Below the pieces are notes generated by a model. The model made no database searches. It was given only the letters and a program-made list of their open reading frames with translations, and was not told the DNA's origin. Of a stretch of DNA of 64,000 nucleotides, positions 63,017-64,000 are shown one piece after another. The stretch spans positions 8,246,001-8,310,000 of the forward strand of contig OX442314.1 of the NCBI GenBank assembly GCA_949358305.1. The letters are read 5' to 3'. Within the stretch, counting starts at the first letter, position 1. The number at the start of each line of letters is the position of its first letter. Position numbers and translations under genes: made by a program. The stretch comes from Strigamia acuminata (taxonomy: Eukaryota).

Positions 63017-63629
63017 TTAGTAGACAGAGAAACTGCTATTTAGACACAAAAATGCACAAATCTGTAACTCCCAACAAGAAAAATAATTTCTAGACATTTT
63101 TAAAAGTTTAAATGTCAGTTACAATCTACGAAGAAAATATATCATCAATTCTTCTGGCAGAAAAGCCAGAGGTCCAAGTCCAAACAGAACAAAAGCTTCA
63201 TTTTTAATATTATCAACAGCAAACTGTGTAGAGATGATTGGAAATTGGAATTCGAGACCCTTGCTGAAATGATTCTCCTCCAGAGACGAGAACCAAGATG
63301 CCATCAGTCCACAAGTGTGCTTTCTCTTGGCAATCAATCATGCCCAAAGGTTTCAAACTTCAAACCACAAGCAATACTAGACCTCCAAGCAGCTGAGAAT
63401 ACAAAAGTCCAACAAACTCCAGAACCGACAACTTCCTAAATATGTCGAACGGTTAACGGAACTTGTCGGATGTCCTCAAAAAAATAAAGTTATCATTAAA
63501 GGTCATGGGAAGAGAAAAATAAAAAATGAGGAGAAGATTGTTTGTGTCATTATTAGACCAAATCCATTGTTGAAACGTGTTCAATTGTTTCGAGATTGTT
63601 ATATCGTTCGTTTAAACGTTTGAAAATTC

Positions 63630-64000
63630 TCAAATGTCCTCCATTTTTAGTTTTCGAAAGTTTCCAAAAGTTGCCGTTGGTGGCGCTATTTATGACGTCA
63701 TCGGCGACAAACAAGCAGCTTTTTAGCATGGGCTTGGCTTCATTTAAGAGCTACGAAAATTTATTATTAGTTCTTTTGAATCTATACACTTGCAACAAAT
63801 AGCAAATTGGAATATTTAGTGAATATTAAAATCCCAACAACCTAACAGTGTTGTCAAATTTGGAAAAAAAATTTTGTAGCTCTTAAATGAAGCCAAGCCC
63901 ATGCTAAAAAGCTGCTTGTTTGTCGCCGATGACGTCATAAATAGCGCCACCAACGGCAACTTTTGGAAACTTTCAAAAACTAAAAATGGAGGACATTTGA
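63630..64000. repeat. Foldback element running off the window end
   Basis: ~63630-63760 is the reverse complement of ~63870-64000. Confidence 0.8.

Noticed and set aside
63119..63439. Short ORFs as the missing first RGS coding exon
   Set aside because: No resemblance to the R7-family N-terminus and no convincing donor site.

Overview
AT-rich invertebrate (animal) genomic DNA with four zones. (1) 0.7-4 kb: a decayed BEL/Pao retrotransposon interrupted by a 1.4-kb solo LTR (4-bp TSD). (2) 6.96-19.79 kb: an apparently intact, very young Ty3/Gypsy element with ~1.08-kb LTRs, a tRNA-Pro-like PBS, gag, a -1 frameshift and pol. It also carries an unexpected third gene that is intron-containing, Arg/Ser-rich and not env, and an array of five co-varying, TAR-like bulged RNA hairpins in each LTR. 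(3) 6.4-25.5 kb: a cluster of five intact two-exon genes plus one pseudogene for small secreted six-cysteine CS-alpha/beta (defensin/scorpion-toxin-like) peptides, mostly invisible in the ORF track and split by the Gypsy insertion, with a tRNA-iMet gene. (4) 30-60.6 kb: a minus-strand RGS7/EGL-10-family gene (15 exons reconstructed, 5' end probably outside the window). Its introns hold minisatellites, a MULE remnant and many MITEs; ~1-kb palindromic PIF/Harbinger-type elements with tRNA-Ser-derived Pol III promoter boxes in both arms occur once there and twice just 5' of the first visible exon. All calls were made by eye from the sequence; no database searches were run.
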